DNA from: an uncultured Gemmatimonadales bacterium | Lineage (GTDB): Bacteria; Gemmatimonadota; Gemmatimonadetes; Longimicrobiales; Gaopeijiaceae | NCBI GenBank assembly: GCA_963809895.1 | Contig: CAWELD010000003.1 | Span: 1,984,001-2,048,000 of the forward strand | Reading direction: 5' to 3' | DNA length: 64,000 bases | In this document: positions 1 to 10,500 of the stretch, one piece after another | Layout of the letters: every line of letters starts with the position of its first letter | How positions within the stretch are numbered: position 1 is the first letter of the stretch | Position numbers and translations under genes: made by a program | Notes under the pieces: generated by a model | Seen by the model: the letters and a program-made list of their open reading frames with translations, nothing else | What the model was told of the DNA's origin: nothing | The model's database searches: none

Positions 1-1560
1 CGCCCGGGGTCGTCCATCGGCATCGAGACCGTCGGCCCAGGTCTGCCGGGCGAAGGCGCGGCCCCTGAGAAACGCGCCGGTCCGACGATCCAGCACGTAG
101 TAGAACCCGTTCCGGTTCGCCTGGAGGACTACGGGCCGGGTCTCGCCGTCGATCACGAGATCCGCCAGCACCGGAACCTCCACGGCGTCCCGATCGTGCT
201 CGTCGTGGGGCGTCGCCTGGAAGTACCACCGCAGACGCCCGGTCTCGACATCGAGGGCGACGATGGAGTTGGAGTAGAGGTTGTCGCCGGGTCGCTCGTC
301 GCCCCGGTAGTCCGGCGCCGGGTTCCCCGTCCCCCAGATCAGGAGTCCCGCATCCGGGTCGTAGCTGCCGGTGACCCACGTGGGGACGCCTCCTGTCTGC
401 CAGGACTGTCCACTCCACGTCTCGTTCCCAGGCTCGCCAGGCCCCGGCACGGTCTGGAAGCGCCAGAGCCGATCCCCCGTGTCGGCGTCGTAGGCGTCCA
501 GGAATCCCCGGATCCCGAACTCACCGCCCGCCACCCCGACGATGATGCGCCCGTCCACGGCCAGCGGTGCCCCGGTGATGGAATAGCCCTGGCGGTGGTC
601 CGCGACCTCGACGGTCCACAGGACGGCGCCCGTGCGAGCGTCCAGGGCGACGAGGTGGGCGTCCAGGGTCCCGAGAAAGAGCGTGCTTCCCAGCACGGCC
701 AGTCCCCTGTTCTGGCCGCCGCAGCAGAGCCGCAGATCCGGGGGCAGGCCGTAGGCGTAGGACCAGCGCCGCTCTCCCGTCCGGGCATCCAGCGCGAACA
801 CCCTCTGGGGTGGCGCCGTGACGAACATGGTCCCGTCCACCACCAGGGGCGTGGCCTCGATGTTTCCGTCGCGGACCGGGAGCTGCGCCAGCCACCGGAT
901 CTGGAGCCGCTCGATCGTCGCCGAGTTCACCTGCGACAGAGGGCTGTGGCGTCGGGCGTCGTACGAGCCGGAGTACGTCAGCCAGGTGGTGGAATCCTCC
1001 GCCGCATCCCGGAGCCGGCCGAAGGTCACCGGATCCACATCCACCTCCGCCGCGCGGTCCGTCCCCCTGGAGATGCCGGCCCGGAGAGCCCGCACATAGG
1101 CCGCCAACTGCCAGACCTCTCTCGGTGAGGAGCCGGTGCCCCGCATGGCGGTCCCGGGGATCCCGTGGCGGATGGTGCGGAAGAGCGCCCAGTCGCTGGC
1201 GCCGTGCTGGAGCTCCGCGGTGGTGAGGTCGGGGCCCGTCTCGTCGCCTCCGGCCGCCTCGCCGTGACACTGGCGGCAGCGCTGCTCGAAGAGGGCCCGC
1301 CCCGCGGCGCGATCCGAAGGAGCGGTGAAGGGATTGACGATGGAGGCGTACGGACTCCGACTCTCCACGATCGGCACCAGCCAGTACCCGCTGTTGGGCG
1401 GCAGCATCATGGCCACCTCGTCCCAACTGAGGCCCGGAATGCGCCCCGTGGCCTTCAGCGCGACGAACTGGACGCGCCGCCGAGCGCCGGGCACCGCGAG
1501 GCTCGCCACCACGGTGACGGCGATCAGGGCGAGGAGGATGCGCGCGACGGTGCGTTTCAT
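1..1560 (-). CDS. PQQ-dependent alcohol dehydrogenase family protein with N-terminal cytochrome c domain (3' end runs off window)
   Basis: Manual translation from ATG 1560 (not in ORF track because there is no stop in the window): hydrophobic N-terminus, CRQCH heme motif, LCCGGQNRG vicinal cysteines, GVAGGEFG, WGTGNP, WYFQATPHDEHDRDA, NRNGFYYVLDR. Confidence 0.9.
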   Translation of the reverse strand, partial: MKRTVARILLALIAVTVVASLAVPGARRRVQFVALKATGRIPGLSWDEVAMMLPPNSGYWLVPIVESRSPYASIVNPFTAPSDRAAGRALFEQRCRQCHGEAAGGDETGPDLTTAELQHGASDWALFRTIRHGIPGTAMRGTGSSPREVWQLAAYVRALRAGISRGTDRAAEVDVDPVTFGRLRDAAEDSTTWLTYSGSYDARRHSPLSQVNSATIERLQIRWLAQLPVRDGNIEATPLVVDGTMFVTAPPQRVFALDARTGERRWSYAYGLPPDLRLCCGGQNRGLAVLGSTLFLGTLDAHLVALDARTGAVLWTVEVADHRQGYSITGAPLAVDGRIIVGVAGGEFGIRGFLDAYDADTGDRLWRFQTVPGPGEPGNETWSGQSWQTGGVPTWVTGSYDPDAGLLIWGTGNPAPDYRGDERPGDNLYSNSIVALDVETGRLRWYFQATPHDEHDRDAVEVPVLADLVIDGETRPVVLQANRNGFYYVLDRRTGAFLRGRAFARQTWADGLDADGRPRA

Positions 1561-1738
1561 CGAACCGGTCGTAGGAACGTCATGGAGAGCGCCTGAATGC
1601 ACGGTACGCGCCGCCTCCATGGAGCGACATGGTTCTTCCAACGGCGCCCACGGCGAGTTGGCCATGTCTTGCCGGTTGCCGGGTCGCCCGGCATCTTCGC
1701 CGTCCCGACCCTCCGGACCTCCTGACGGAGCGCCGTTC

Positions 1739-4700
1739 ATGCCGTCCAGCACCCCGCGGGCCACCACCGCCGCCGCCGCCCTTACCGCCATCCTCGCCCT
1801 CGCCTCCGGCTCGGCGCCATGCGCGCTCGCAGCCCAGGCCGCCGGCGCCTCCACCGCCCCCACCTCCCCGAGCTGGCGGCTCTGTCGCCGCGCAACATCG
1901 GCCCGGCCACCATGAGCGGGCGCATCGTGGACCTGGCGGTGGTGGAGTCCAACACGGCGGTCATCTACGCGGCCTCCGCCACCGGCGGCGTGTGGAAGAG
2001 CGTGGACGGCGGCGTGACCTGGACGCCGGTCTTCCAGGACCAGGGCACCCACTCGGTGGGCGACGTGGCGGTGTCGCAGCGGGACACGTCGGTGGTGTGG
2101 GTGGGCACCGGCGAGCGGGCGAGCCGCCAGAGCTCGTCGTGGGGTGACGGGGTCTACAAGTCGGAGGACGGCGGCCGCACCTGGCGCAGCATGGGGCTGC
2201 GGGATTCCAAGCACATCGGACGGATCATCATGGATCCGAACGATCCGGAGGTCGTGTTCGTGGCGGCCATGGGCCACCTGTGGGGGCCCAACGAGGAACG
2301 GGGCCTCTACCGCTCACGCGACGGGGGCACGACCTGGGAGCGGGTGCTGTACGTAGACGAGAACACCGGCGTGGTCGACGTGGCCATGGATCCCGGGAAT
2401 CCCTCGATCCTCTACGCGGCCTCGTACCAGCGCCGCCGCCGCCCCTACGGCTTCAACGGGGGCGGACCGGGCAGCGCGTTGTGGAAGAGCACCGACGGCG
2501 GCGACACCTGGACCAGGCTCACCAACGCCGGGCTGGACAACGGGCTCCCCACAGGCGACATCGGCCGCATCGGCATCTCCGTGTACCGCTCGAACCCGCG
2601 CATCGTCTACGTGAGCGTGGAGCAGGGGGAGCGCTTCAACGCCTCCACCGCCTACGAGCAGCGTGAGGCCGGGATCTACCGCTCCGAAGACCAGGGCGAG
2701 AGCTGGACTTTCATGTCCGACTGGAATCCCCGGCCCATGTACGCGTCGCAGATCCTGGTGGACCCCAACGACGATCAGCGCGTCTACATGGTGAACAGCT
2801 ACTCGTGGTCCGACGACGGGGGGCGCACCTTCACGCAGCCGCGGCAGTCGCTCCATGGCGACGACCGCCTGGTGTGGGTGGATCCCGCCGACTCGAAGCA
2901 CGTCATGAAAGCCGATGACGGGGGATTGGGGATCTCGTGGGATCGGGGCGTCACCTGGCTCTACGTCACCGACCTGCCGGTGAGCCAGTTCTACCGCATC
3001 GGCCTGGACAACGCCGAGCCCTTCAACATCTGCGGCGGGCTCCAGGACAACGGCAGCTGGTGCGGGCCCAGCGCCACCTACCGGGCCGAGGGCGTGCTCA
3101 ACCAGGACTGGGTGAAGTGGGGCGGAGGCGACGGCTTCAACAACCAGATCGACACCACCGACAACCGCACGCTGTACTCCTCGTCGCAGTACCTGGGGCT
3201 GCAGCGGGTGAACCTGGCCACCGGCGAGAGCCGGGACATCCGGCCCGGACCAGCCCGAGGGCTTCATCGGGGCGCGGCGCAACTGGACCACCTGGCCCGA
3301 CCTGTCCAATCCGGAGCAGCGGCTCGGGAACGCCATGACGCCCGGCAACTGGGACGCGCCCTTCATCATCTCTCCCCACGATCCCAACACGCTGTACGCG
3401 GGGCTGGATCAGCTCTTCGTGAGCCACGACCGGGGCGCGAGCTGGACCGGGCTCGGGGATCTCACCACGGGCGTGGACCGCCGGCGCCTGGCCATCATGG
3501 GCGAGATGCCGGATTCGTTCACCCTGTCGCTGGACGACGGGATTCCCTACTACCCGACGCTCACCGCCATCGCCGAGTCGCCCATGCGCGCCGGCGTGCT
3601 GTTCGTGGGAACCGACGACGGCAACATCCAGGTCTCCACCGACGACGGGCGCACTTTCAGCGAGGTCAGCGGCCGCGTGCCGGGGCTGCCCGACGATGCC
3701 TGGATCAACGGCCTGGAAGCCTCGCGGGTCGAGGAAGGCCGCATCTACATGACGGCCACCAACTACCGCAACGACGACTACGCGAACTACCTGTACGTGT
3801 CCGAGGATTACGGACGGACGTGGCAGAGCATCGCCGGCGACCTGCCGCCGGAGCGGGTGACGCGCACGGTGCGGGAAGATCCCCGGAATCCCGACGTCCT
3901 CTGGCTCGGGACCGAGTTCGGCGCCTTCGTGTCGCTGGACCGGGGCGGGCACTGGACCGAGCTCACCGGCGACATGCCCACGCTGGCCGTCAACGACCTG
4001 CGCGTGCATCCCCGGGACAACGACCTGGTGCTGGCCACCCACGGCCGCGGGCATCTGGATCCTGGACAACGTCAACGCGCTCCAGGAGGCCACGCCGCCG
4101 GTGCTGGCGGAGCCCGTGCACCTGTTCTCCATGGAGCCCGCCCGGGAGATCCGCTACGACTCGCGGCGGGGCCACACCGGGGACATGATCTTCCACGGGG
4201 AGAATCCCCCGTCCGGCGCCATCATCGACTACTGGCTGGGAAGCGCGGCCGACACGGTGCGCGTCACGGTCCGGGACCGGGCCGGTGAGCAGGTGGCGTG
4301 GCTGAATGGGACGAATCGGGCCGGGATGAACCGCGTAGTCTGGAACCTGCGCCACTCGGAGCCGGACCAGGACCGCCGAGGACCTTCGGGCCCGCTGGTG
4401 ATCCCCGGGGATTACACGGTGCAGGTGACGGCGGGCGGCGCCTCGTCGGCGACCATGTCTCTCGACGTGCAGGAGGATCCGCGCATCGACGTGGATCCGG
4501 CCACGCGCGCCGAGTGGACCACCACCCTGTTGGAGCTGTCCACCCTGGCCCGGGACGCAGCCGCCCTGGCGCAGCGCACCTCGGACATGGTGGAGGCGCT
4601 GGACGAGGATCCCTCGGGCGTCGACGCCGCCGTGCTGGCCAAGGCCCGCGACCTGCGGCGGGAGACCTCGGAGCTGCGCTCCCGCACGGGCCGCCTGCGC

Positions 4701-4826
4701 TTCAGCGTGGAGGGATGGGTCGCGCTACCCTCGGCGGATCAGTCCAGCCAGCACCGGTTCCTGTCGGAGATGCTGGCGACGCTGAGCGGCGAGGTGGACG
4801 ACCTGGAGGGGCGGATCGGGGGCTGA
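1739..4826 (+). CDS. Secreted VPS10/BNR (Asp-box) repeat glycosyl hydrolase-like protein; three apparent frameshifts (~1855, ~3247, ~4050)
   Basis: Signal peptide from ATG 1739; RNIGPATMSGRI; many SxDGGxTW Asp-boxes; GGLQDNGSW; ATHGRG; continuous across ORFs 1819, 3335 and 4101 in different frames. Confidence 0.85.
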
Positions 4827-4845
4827 GACACCGCCGACACGCACC

Positions 4846-6027
4846 TCAAGCGGGTGGTGGGACGACTCGCGAGGCGGGTCTGTGGAGCGTTGCACGTACG
4901 ACGAACGGCACATCGTTTTCGCCAAGGGTCACGGCAGCCACCGTGTCACCGCGAAAGGCCATCCCTTCGGTTGGGTTCGGAGCGAACTCGCTCTGAAAGG
5001 AGCCCAGGTACCGTCCTTTCGGGTCGAAGACGTCCATCATACGGCTATCTGACCCGACCTGCTCGACAACCTGGACCAACAGGTAGCCGTCTGGCAGCAC
5101 ATAGATGGCTTGTACGAGCGGCTTCACGATGGCTACCCCGGATGGGTCGACCCCGGATCTCTCGAGGTCGGTCTCGATCATCCGCGTCTCAGCGGCGGAG
5201 AGCGTCGCCCGGGTTGGCGACCTCTCGACTACACGTATGGTGTCGCCCAGGGCGTCGGTATGGACCAGGCGCATTTCGTCGGAGTGAGCCGCCCATATGG
5301 TTCCGTCCCGTGCCACTCTCCACACGAGCCTGGGGAAATACTCCCTCGCTATCGGGACGGACCTGCCGATCAACGAGTGGTCGGTAATCCACGGCCTGCG
5401 GATGCTCTGGAGTGTATCAGCCACACGCCCGACCGTATCGACGCTCACAAACGTCACGTTCCTCCCCGCCGCGGTCTCCTCCATGAACTCCGTGGAGTTC
5501 AGGGGGACCATCTCGAAGACCTGACGGGCCGTAACGTGAAGAGGACGAGAGACCGTCTTCACAAGCCTCCCGGCGGTGTCGAATACCGTGTAGCGACCAT
5601 TGAATGAGTTGGGGATCCACAAGCGGTCCTGCTCGTCCCACGAGAGCGCCCCCGGCGCGGCCAACTCTCCGGGCCCCTTCCCCCTTCCGCCGAAGCGGCG
5701 AACGAATCGCCCGGCATGGTCAAACTGCATCACCTCCGCTGCCTGAACATCCAGCACATAGAGATGACCCTGCGGCCCCCAGCTGAGGGCAAGACGCCGA
5801 TCCCCAAAGACGACTTGCGATATGTCTTTGCCGCTCCCCAAGCGGAAGTCCTCGACGAGAGCCCAGCGATCGGCTTCGCTCCACAGACCGCGACCATCGT
5901 TCCGTACGATCACGGTGGTGCCGATGGTGTCGTACGCTACTCGATCGGGGTGGCGCGGCGATGCGTCGCAGGATGGAAGAGTCCAACCCAAGGCTGCGAT
6001 GGCAAGGATACGGTAGGCCTGTTTCAC
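4846..6027 (-). CDS. 6-bladed beta-propeller (NHL-like) lipoprotein
   Basis: Lipobox-like LPSC; FGGRGKGPGEL; repeated 'VFDxxGR' blades; visibly lower GC than the flanks. Confidence 0.75.
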   Translation of the reverse strand: MKQAYRILAIAALGWTLPSCDASPRHPDRVAYDTIGTTVIVRNDGRGLWSEADRWALVEDFRLGSGKDISQVVFGDRRLALSWGPQGHLYVLDVQAAEVMQFDHAGRFVRRFGGRGKGPGELAAPGALSWDEQDRLWIPNSFNGRYTVFDTAGRLVKTVSRPLHVTARQVFEMVPLNSTEFMEETAAGRNVTFVSVDTVGRVADTLQSIRRPWITDHSLIGRSVPIAREYFPRLVWRVARDGTIWAAHSDEMRLVHTDALGDTIRVVERSPTRATLSAAETRMIETDLERSGVDPSGVAIVKPLVQAIYVLPDGYLLVQVVEQVGSDSRMMDVFDPKGRYLGSFQSEFAPNPTEGMAFRGDTVAAVTLGENDVPFVVRATLHRPASRVVPPPA

Positions 6028-6607
6028 GGAAGAGGCCCTCCAAAGCTGTCGAGGTTCCCAAGCTGGTTCGGAGGATAGTTAGCGACCGACGGGAGGGCCA
6101 ACTAACGGAGAAGGCATCTCTGAAAGCGTCTGTGGGGCTGCGCCCCCTTCCTCGCAAACCGCCTCCAGAACGGCGGCGCCATCGCTCGGAAATGCCACGA
6201 GGGCGCAGGCGTGAGTTCAGCCATGCACGGAGGTCAGCTCGCCGCACGCCACGCCGCTCGACGGCGCTCCTTAGCACCGTGGCGCTGACCTCTTCCTCGA
6301 ACCAGATTCGCACGCCTTCCTCGGCCAGAAGGGTGATCAAGGGCATGGTAGTGGATGCATACCCCCGCGCCCGATCCGCGATGAGGAGGCATGGATCTTC
6401 CCTACGTAGGCTCCGGACCAGCGCCACAACGCGCGGTCGGGCCTGAGACGACGGGTTCACGGGCAGGATGGCTACCGAGCCCGGCTCGAGTCCCGCCGGC
6501 ACGCGCCCGACCAGCCGAGGAGTATCGTAGGGAGGTGCGACAATGGTAATTCTGGGTGAGGCTGCAGCACCACGCCCATCCCCAGGCATCGGCGCGAAAG
6601 CCATCAT
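6028..6607 (-). pseudogene. Hypothetical or degraded ORF
   Basis: N-terminal ~135 aa of ORF 5720..6607 looks protein-like (PCLLIAD, VRIWFEEE, LRAWL), then degenerates and runs out of frame into the propeller gene. Confidence 0.25.
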
Positions 6608-6770
6608 GGTCTCGCGCCTCCACCACTGGGGCTACCCCCCCCGACAGCCTTCGAACGTGCCCAGTGCACACCTCCCCCTCTCCCAGTACGGGCAGTCAGC
6701 GGGGGGCTAGGGTTGCACGATACCATTCATGCGTGTAAGCCGTCAAGTCACGAGTCGCGCGACCGATTCT

Positions 6771-6841
6771 ACGAGAGCGCCCCCGGCGCAGCCAACTAAG
6801 GGCAGGCCGCCGATCCCCAAACACGACTCGCGATGCGTCGC
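6771..6841 (-). pseudogene. Collapsed relic of a propeller-lipoprotein paralogue
   Basis: Collinear matches to 5640-5666 (26/27), 5786-5821 (32/36) and 5958-5969 (12/12). Confidence 0.8.
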
Positions 6842-7245
6842 TACTTACCCGACGTCTCCCCCCGCACGACCGCACGGATCCGGATCGCGAGCTCGATGGC
6901 GTGCGCGGCCTCTTCGCGCGTGACCGGCTCGTAGTCGCCAGGGGCGCGGGTCACGGTCGCGTAGTCCGTGAGAATCCGGCTCTCCTCGACCGCGATCTCG
7001 AGTCGGCCCCACAGACGAGCGCGCGTGAGGAGCGCTTCGATATCGTGGATGCGGGGCACGTCATCGCCCCGAAAGCACAGCAGGGCCTTCAGGTATTTCT
7101 CCGCACACTGCTGCGCATGGAAGGCAGCGGCATCCAGCGGGCCGGTCGCCCCCGCCTCCAGCAGCAGTTGGGCCGCCTCGAGATCGCCCTCCGCCTTGGT
7201 GATCCATCCCCGCACCACCTCGAGGCGCACGTCGTCAGGTGCCAT
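6841..7245 (-). CDS. HEPN domain protein (toxin of MNT-HEPN pair)
   Basis: WITKAEGDL, FHAQQCAEKYLKA, PRIHDIEAL; overlaps the MNT stop codon. Confidence 0.85.
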   Translation of the reverse strand: MAPDDVRLEVVRGWITKAEGDLEAAQLLLEAGATGPLDAAAFHAQQCAEKYLKALLCFRGDDVPRIHDIEALLTRARLWGRLEIAVEESRILTDYATVTRAPGDYEPVTREEAAHAIELAIRIRAVVRGETSGK

Positions 7246-7786
7246 GCAGCACCGTACCCTCCGCCGTGGCCGCCTGCTCGATCGTGCCCGGGATGTGCCG
7301 CCGCCGACTGAACGCTTCGGGGGTGGTAACGATGATGTCCTTGGCGACTTCGAACTCGTGCACGGCCGCACCGATGCGGGCACCGGTCCGACGCCGGGAA
7401 TCCTGAACGTCTATCACGACCAGCAAATCGACGTCGCTATCGGGACCCGCGGTGCCACGCCCGTGCGAACCGAAGAGAATCACCCGCTGGGGGGCGAACT
7501 GCTCCACGATGACCCGCACCATCTGACGGATCGTGTCCTCGACACGCACCGGGGCACCCGCCACGGTTTCCGGGGCCAGGGAGGAGGGGAGAAGATCGGC
7601 CACCGGAATCGCAAGCACGCGCGCGAGATCGACGATCTCTTCGCTCGTCACCGACCGCCGACCGGCCTCGATCTCGGAGATCGCCGGCCGATGCAGGCCC
7701 AGAGCGCGAGCGAGGTCGGCCTGCGTGAAGCCCCGCTCCACCCGGGCGGCGCGTATGGCGCGGGCGATCTCCTGCTTGGTATCCAT
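7235..7786 (-). CDS. XRE-family HTH fused to minimal nucleotidyltransferase (MNT antitoxin)
   Basis: RAARVERGFTQADLA...SEIEAGRR HTH followed by LFGSHGRGTAGPDSDVDLLVV (GS...DxD). Confidence 0.85.
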   Translation of the reverse strand: MDTKQEIARAIRAARVERGFTQADLARALGLHRPAISEIEAGRRSVTSEEIVDLARVLAIPVADLLPSSLAPETVAGAPVRVEDTIRQMVRVIVEQFAPQRVILFGSHGRGTAGPDSDVDLLVVIDVQDSRRRTGARIGAAVHEFEVAKDIIVTTPEAFSRRRHIPGTIEQAATAEGTVLHGT

Positions 7787-7794
7787 GGGCACAA

Positions 7795-7811
7795 CGTAAG
7801 AAATTCTTACG
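7795..7811. promoter_or_regulatory. Perfect palindrome, putative XRE-MNT operator overlapping a TACGTT -10 (leaderless start)
   Basis: CGTAAGAA-A-TTCTTACG ending 8 nt before the ATG; minus strand reads TACGTT-N6-ATG. Confidence 0.7.
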
Positions 7812-7862
7812 CAGCCGAGCACGGCTGGCCTCGAGCCCTTCCGGGCCTCTACCGTCCCTTGC

Positions 7863-10459
7863 TCAGCCTCCCCCCACCACCGCCCGCGCCCAATCCCACC
7901 CCTCCAGGCCGGCGCCGTTCACCGCACGCACGCGCACCTCGGTGCCCACCGGCAGCTGCGACAGGGTGACCCCCATGCGCTCGCCGCCCGACGAGGCTTC
8001 ACGTTGCGTTCGCCCTCCTTGCCGTCGGGCGTGGTCCACTGCACGCGGTAGGAGCGCACGTCGGATTCCACGGCGGGCTCCCAGCCGACCTCGACGTCGC
8101 CGCCGACGATGGTGGCCGACGCCTCCTGGAGGCGTGACGGGCTGGAGGCCAGCAGCATGATGGTGGCCACGGTGGTGCGCGCCACCTCGGCCACCAGGCG
8201 CTGGTTCACGGTCTCGAGCCGGTCCGTGGTCTGGTGGTAGTAGGGACTTCCCAGCACCGGGTAGGAGCCGATGCCGCCCACGATATCGCCGTAGGCGTCG
8301 TAGTAGGCGGCCGCGTCGGTGGACTTGTAGTAGAGCGCGTCGTAGGTGATGAGGTCGCTGAACTCGATGGCGGCGGCGTGCTGGATGTCGCGGATGCCGG
8401 GATTCGAGTAGCGGATGGTGTTGTCCAACCGGTAGTCGTTGGCGAAGCCCACCATGTCGTTGTTGAGTGCGCCCACGATGTGCTTGCCGTCTTCCACGGC
8501 CCGACGCACGTACTCCCGGCTGCCCAGGAGCCCCGCCTCCTCGCCTGTGAAGAACGCGAACTCGATGGTGGCCGGCTGCGGATGATCCTTCATGACCCGG
8601 GCCGTCTCCAGGAGCGCGGTGGCACCCGAGGTGTCGTCGTCGGAGCCGGGCCCACGCTCCACCGAGTCGAAGTGGGAGCTTACGGCGTAGACCAGATCCG
8701 GGTCGCGGGTGCCGGGGAGCCTGGCCACGATGTTCGCCGTGCGCACACCCGGGCGGGGCTCGAACCACTGCAGCTCGGGCTCGTAGCCGTACTGCCGCAG
8801 CTTCTTCACGTAGTAGTCGATGGCCTCGGCGTTGCCGGGCTGGGTGATGTACTTGGAGCCCATGGCGAAGAGATCGCGCGCCGCCAGGTAGATGCGGGTC
8901 ACGTCGACGGCCTCGGTGACGGGGCGCACCCGATCGGCGATGGGCTCGAAGGCGCGCCGTCCCCGCTCGCGCAGGTCGTTCTCCGCCGCCTGCATGCGTT
9001 GCACCCGCCGGGTCACCTCGTCGCGGGTCACGGGGCGGGTCAGGTCCACCACGTACACGCCCCGCTCGGGCGACACGGTGTCGCCGTCGCGCTCGCTGAC
9101 CAGGACGACGTGGGCGCCGTCGGGCGACACCACCCACTCGTACTCGGGCGCGATGGTGCGGACGGTGTTGTTGTGGAAGAGCCTCTGCGGCTCGCCACCG
9201 TCCACGTCGTAGAGGAAGGCCCGCCGGTCCCGAGACTCGCCCTTCATGGCCATCACGGTGTGGTCGTCGACCCAGGTCGGCAGGATGTCGTGCTGGATCT
9301 CCCAGGTGAGCTCCCGGGGCTCGCCTTCGCCCGAGGCGTCGGCCACGAAGATCTCCCAGTCGTCGGAGACGCGCTGCTGGAACGCGACCCTGGAGCCGTC
9401 GGGCGACAGCGCGGGACTCGCGAGGGGATCGCGGGTCTGGGTCAGCTCGTGGCTCTCGTTGGTCGCCAGGTCCGTGACCTCGAGGGCGGCGGCACCCTCG
9501 GGCGACGTCACGATGTACGCCACCTTGGTGCCGTCCGCCGATACGGCGGGCTCCACGCCCCCTTCCAGGATGCCCTGGATCTGACCGTCCCGGACCCGGG
9601 CGATACCCCGGGGCGAGAGCGGCAGGAGCACCTCTCCGTCCGCGGCGGGGATCACGATCCCCCGGGCGTTCACCGGCCCCAGGGGCACGGTCTCGGCCAC
9701 GGCGCCGTCGTGGAACCGGAGCAGGTGGTTGCCGGCCCGCCCGGTGGCGGCGACCCAGAGGTCTCCGGAGAAGCGATCCCAGACGGCAGACACCAGGCGT
9801 TCGCCCACCCCTCCCAGATCCAGCGTCACGTCGACTCCGGTGGGCGTGGTCCGCATGACGACGTCGGTGGCCTTGGCCTGGGCGTTGGCGGCTACCCGCA
9901 TGGCGCCCAGGATCGCCTGACGGTTGCCCTGCGCTCGGGCACGCTCGACGGCGGCCCGGGCCACCTCCAGCTCCTGGGTGTCGTGAACCTTCAGGTAGAT
10001 GAGCTTGCCGTCGGGTCCGAAGGCTGCGCCGCGGCCCTCCAGCGTCGCCACCAGCGCGCCGTCCGCCACCTGGACCACCCGGGTCACGGTGCTGTCGTCC
10101 ACCGTCACCTCGAAGCTCACCAGACGACCGTCGGGTGACATGGCCAAGCCGCGGCCGTCGGGAGCCAACTCCCGAACCTCCCACACATCACCCGTGAGCC
10201 GCGCCACCTCCGGCGCCAGGCGCTCGCCGTCGGAGCCCTGGAGCACGTCGAGATATCCTGCGAGCGCCGCAGGGTAATCCCCCTTGTCCCACGCCAGGAA
10301 AGCATCGAACAGACGCGGGTCCTCGGGGGCGGCCGGAAGTTGGGCCGCGGCCGTCGCCGGGCCCGACAGCAGGAGGACGGCGAGGATCGAGAAGGAGCGG
10401 AGGAGCGGCAGAGCGGCGAGAGTGCGGCGGAAGGACGTGCGACGCGGCATGGCGAACAT
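7863..10459 (-). CDS. M28 family peptidase with TolB-like (PD40) repeats and C-terminal FN3-like domain; frameshift ~8000
   Basis: Signal peptide, SPDG repeats, SSHFDS, GSDDDTSG, FTGEEAGLLGS, NNDM, YHQTTD; C-terminus continues in the 7863 frame (VRVRAVNGAGLEG). Confidence 0.85.
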
Positions 10460-10500
10460 GCTCCGGGAAGACGATCTGGAGGGAGAGCTGCCCTGCAAAG

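Noticed and set aside
6771..6841. Possible DGR template repeat for the propeller gene
   Set aside because: Mismatches are not adenine-specific on either strand, the copy is discontinuous, and no reverse transcriptase is present
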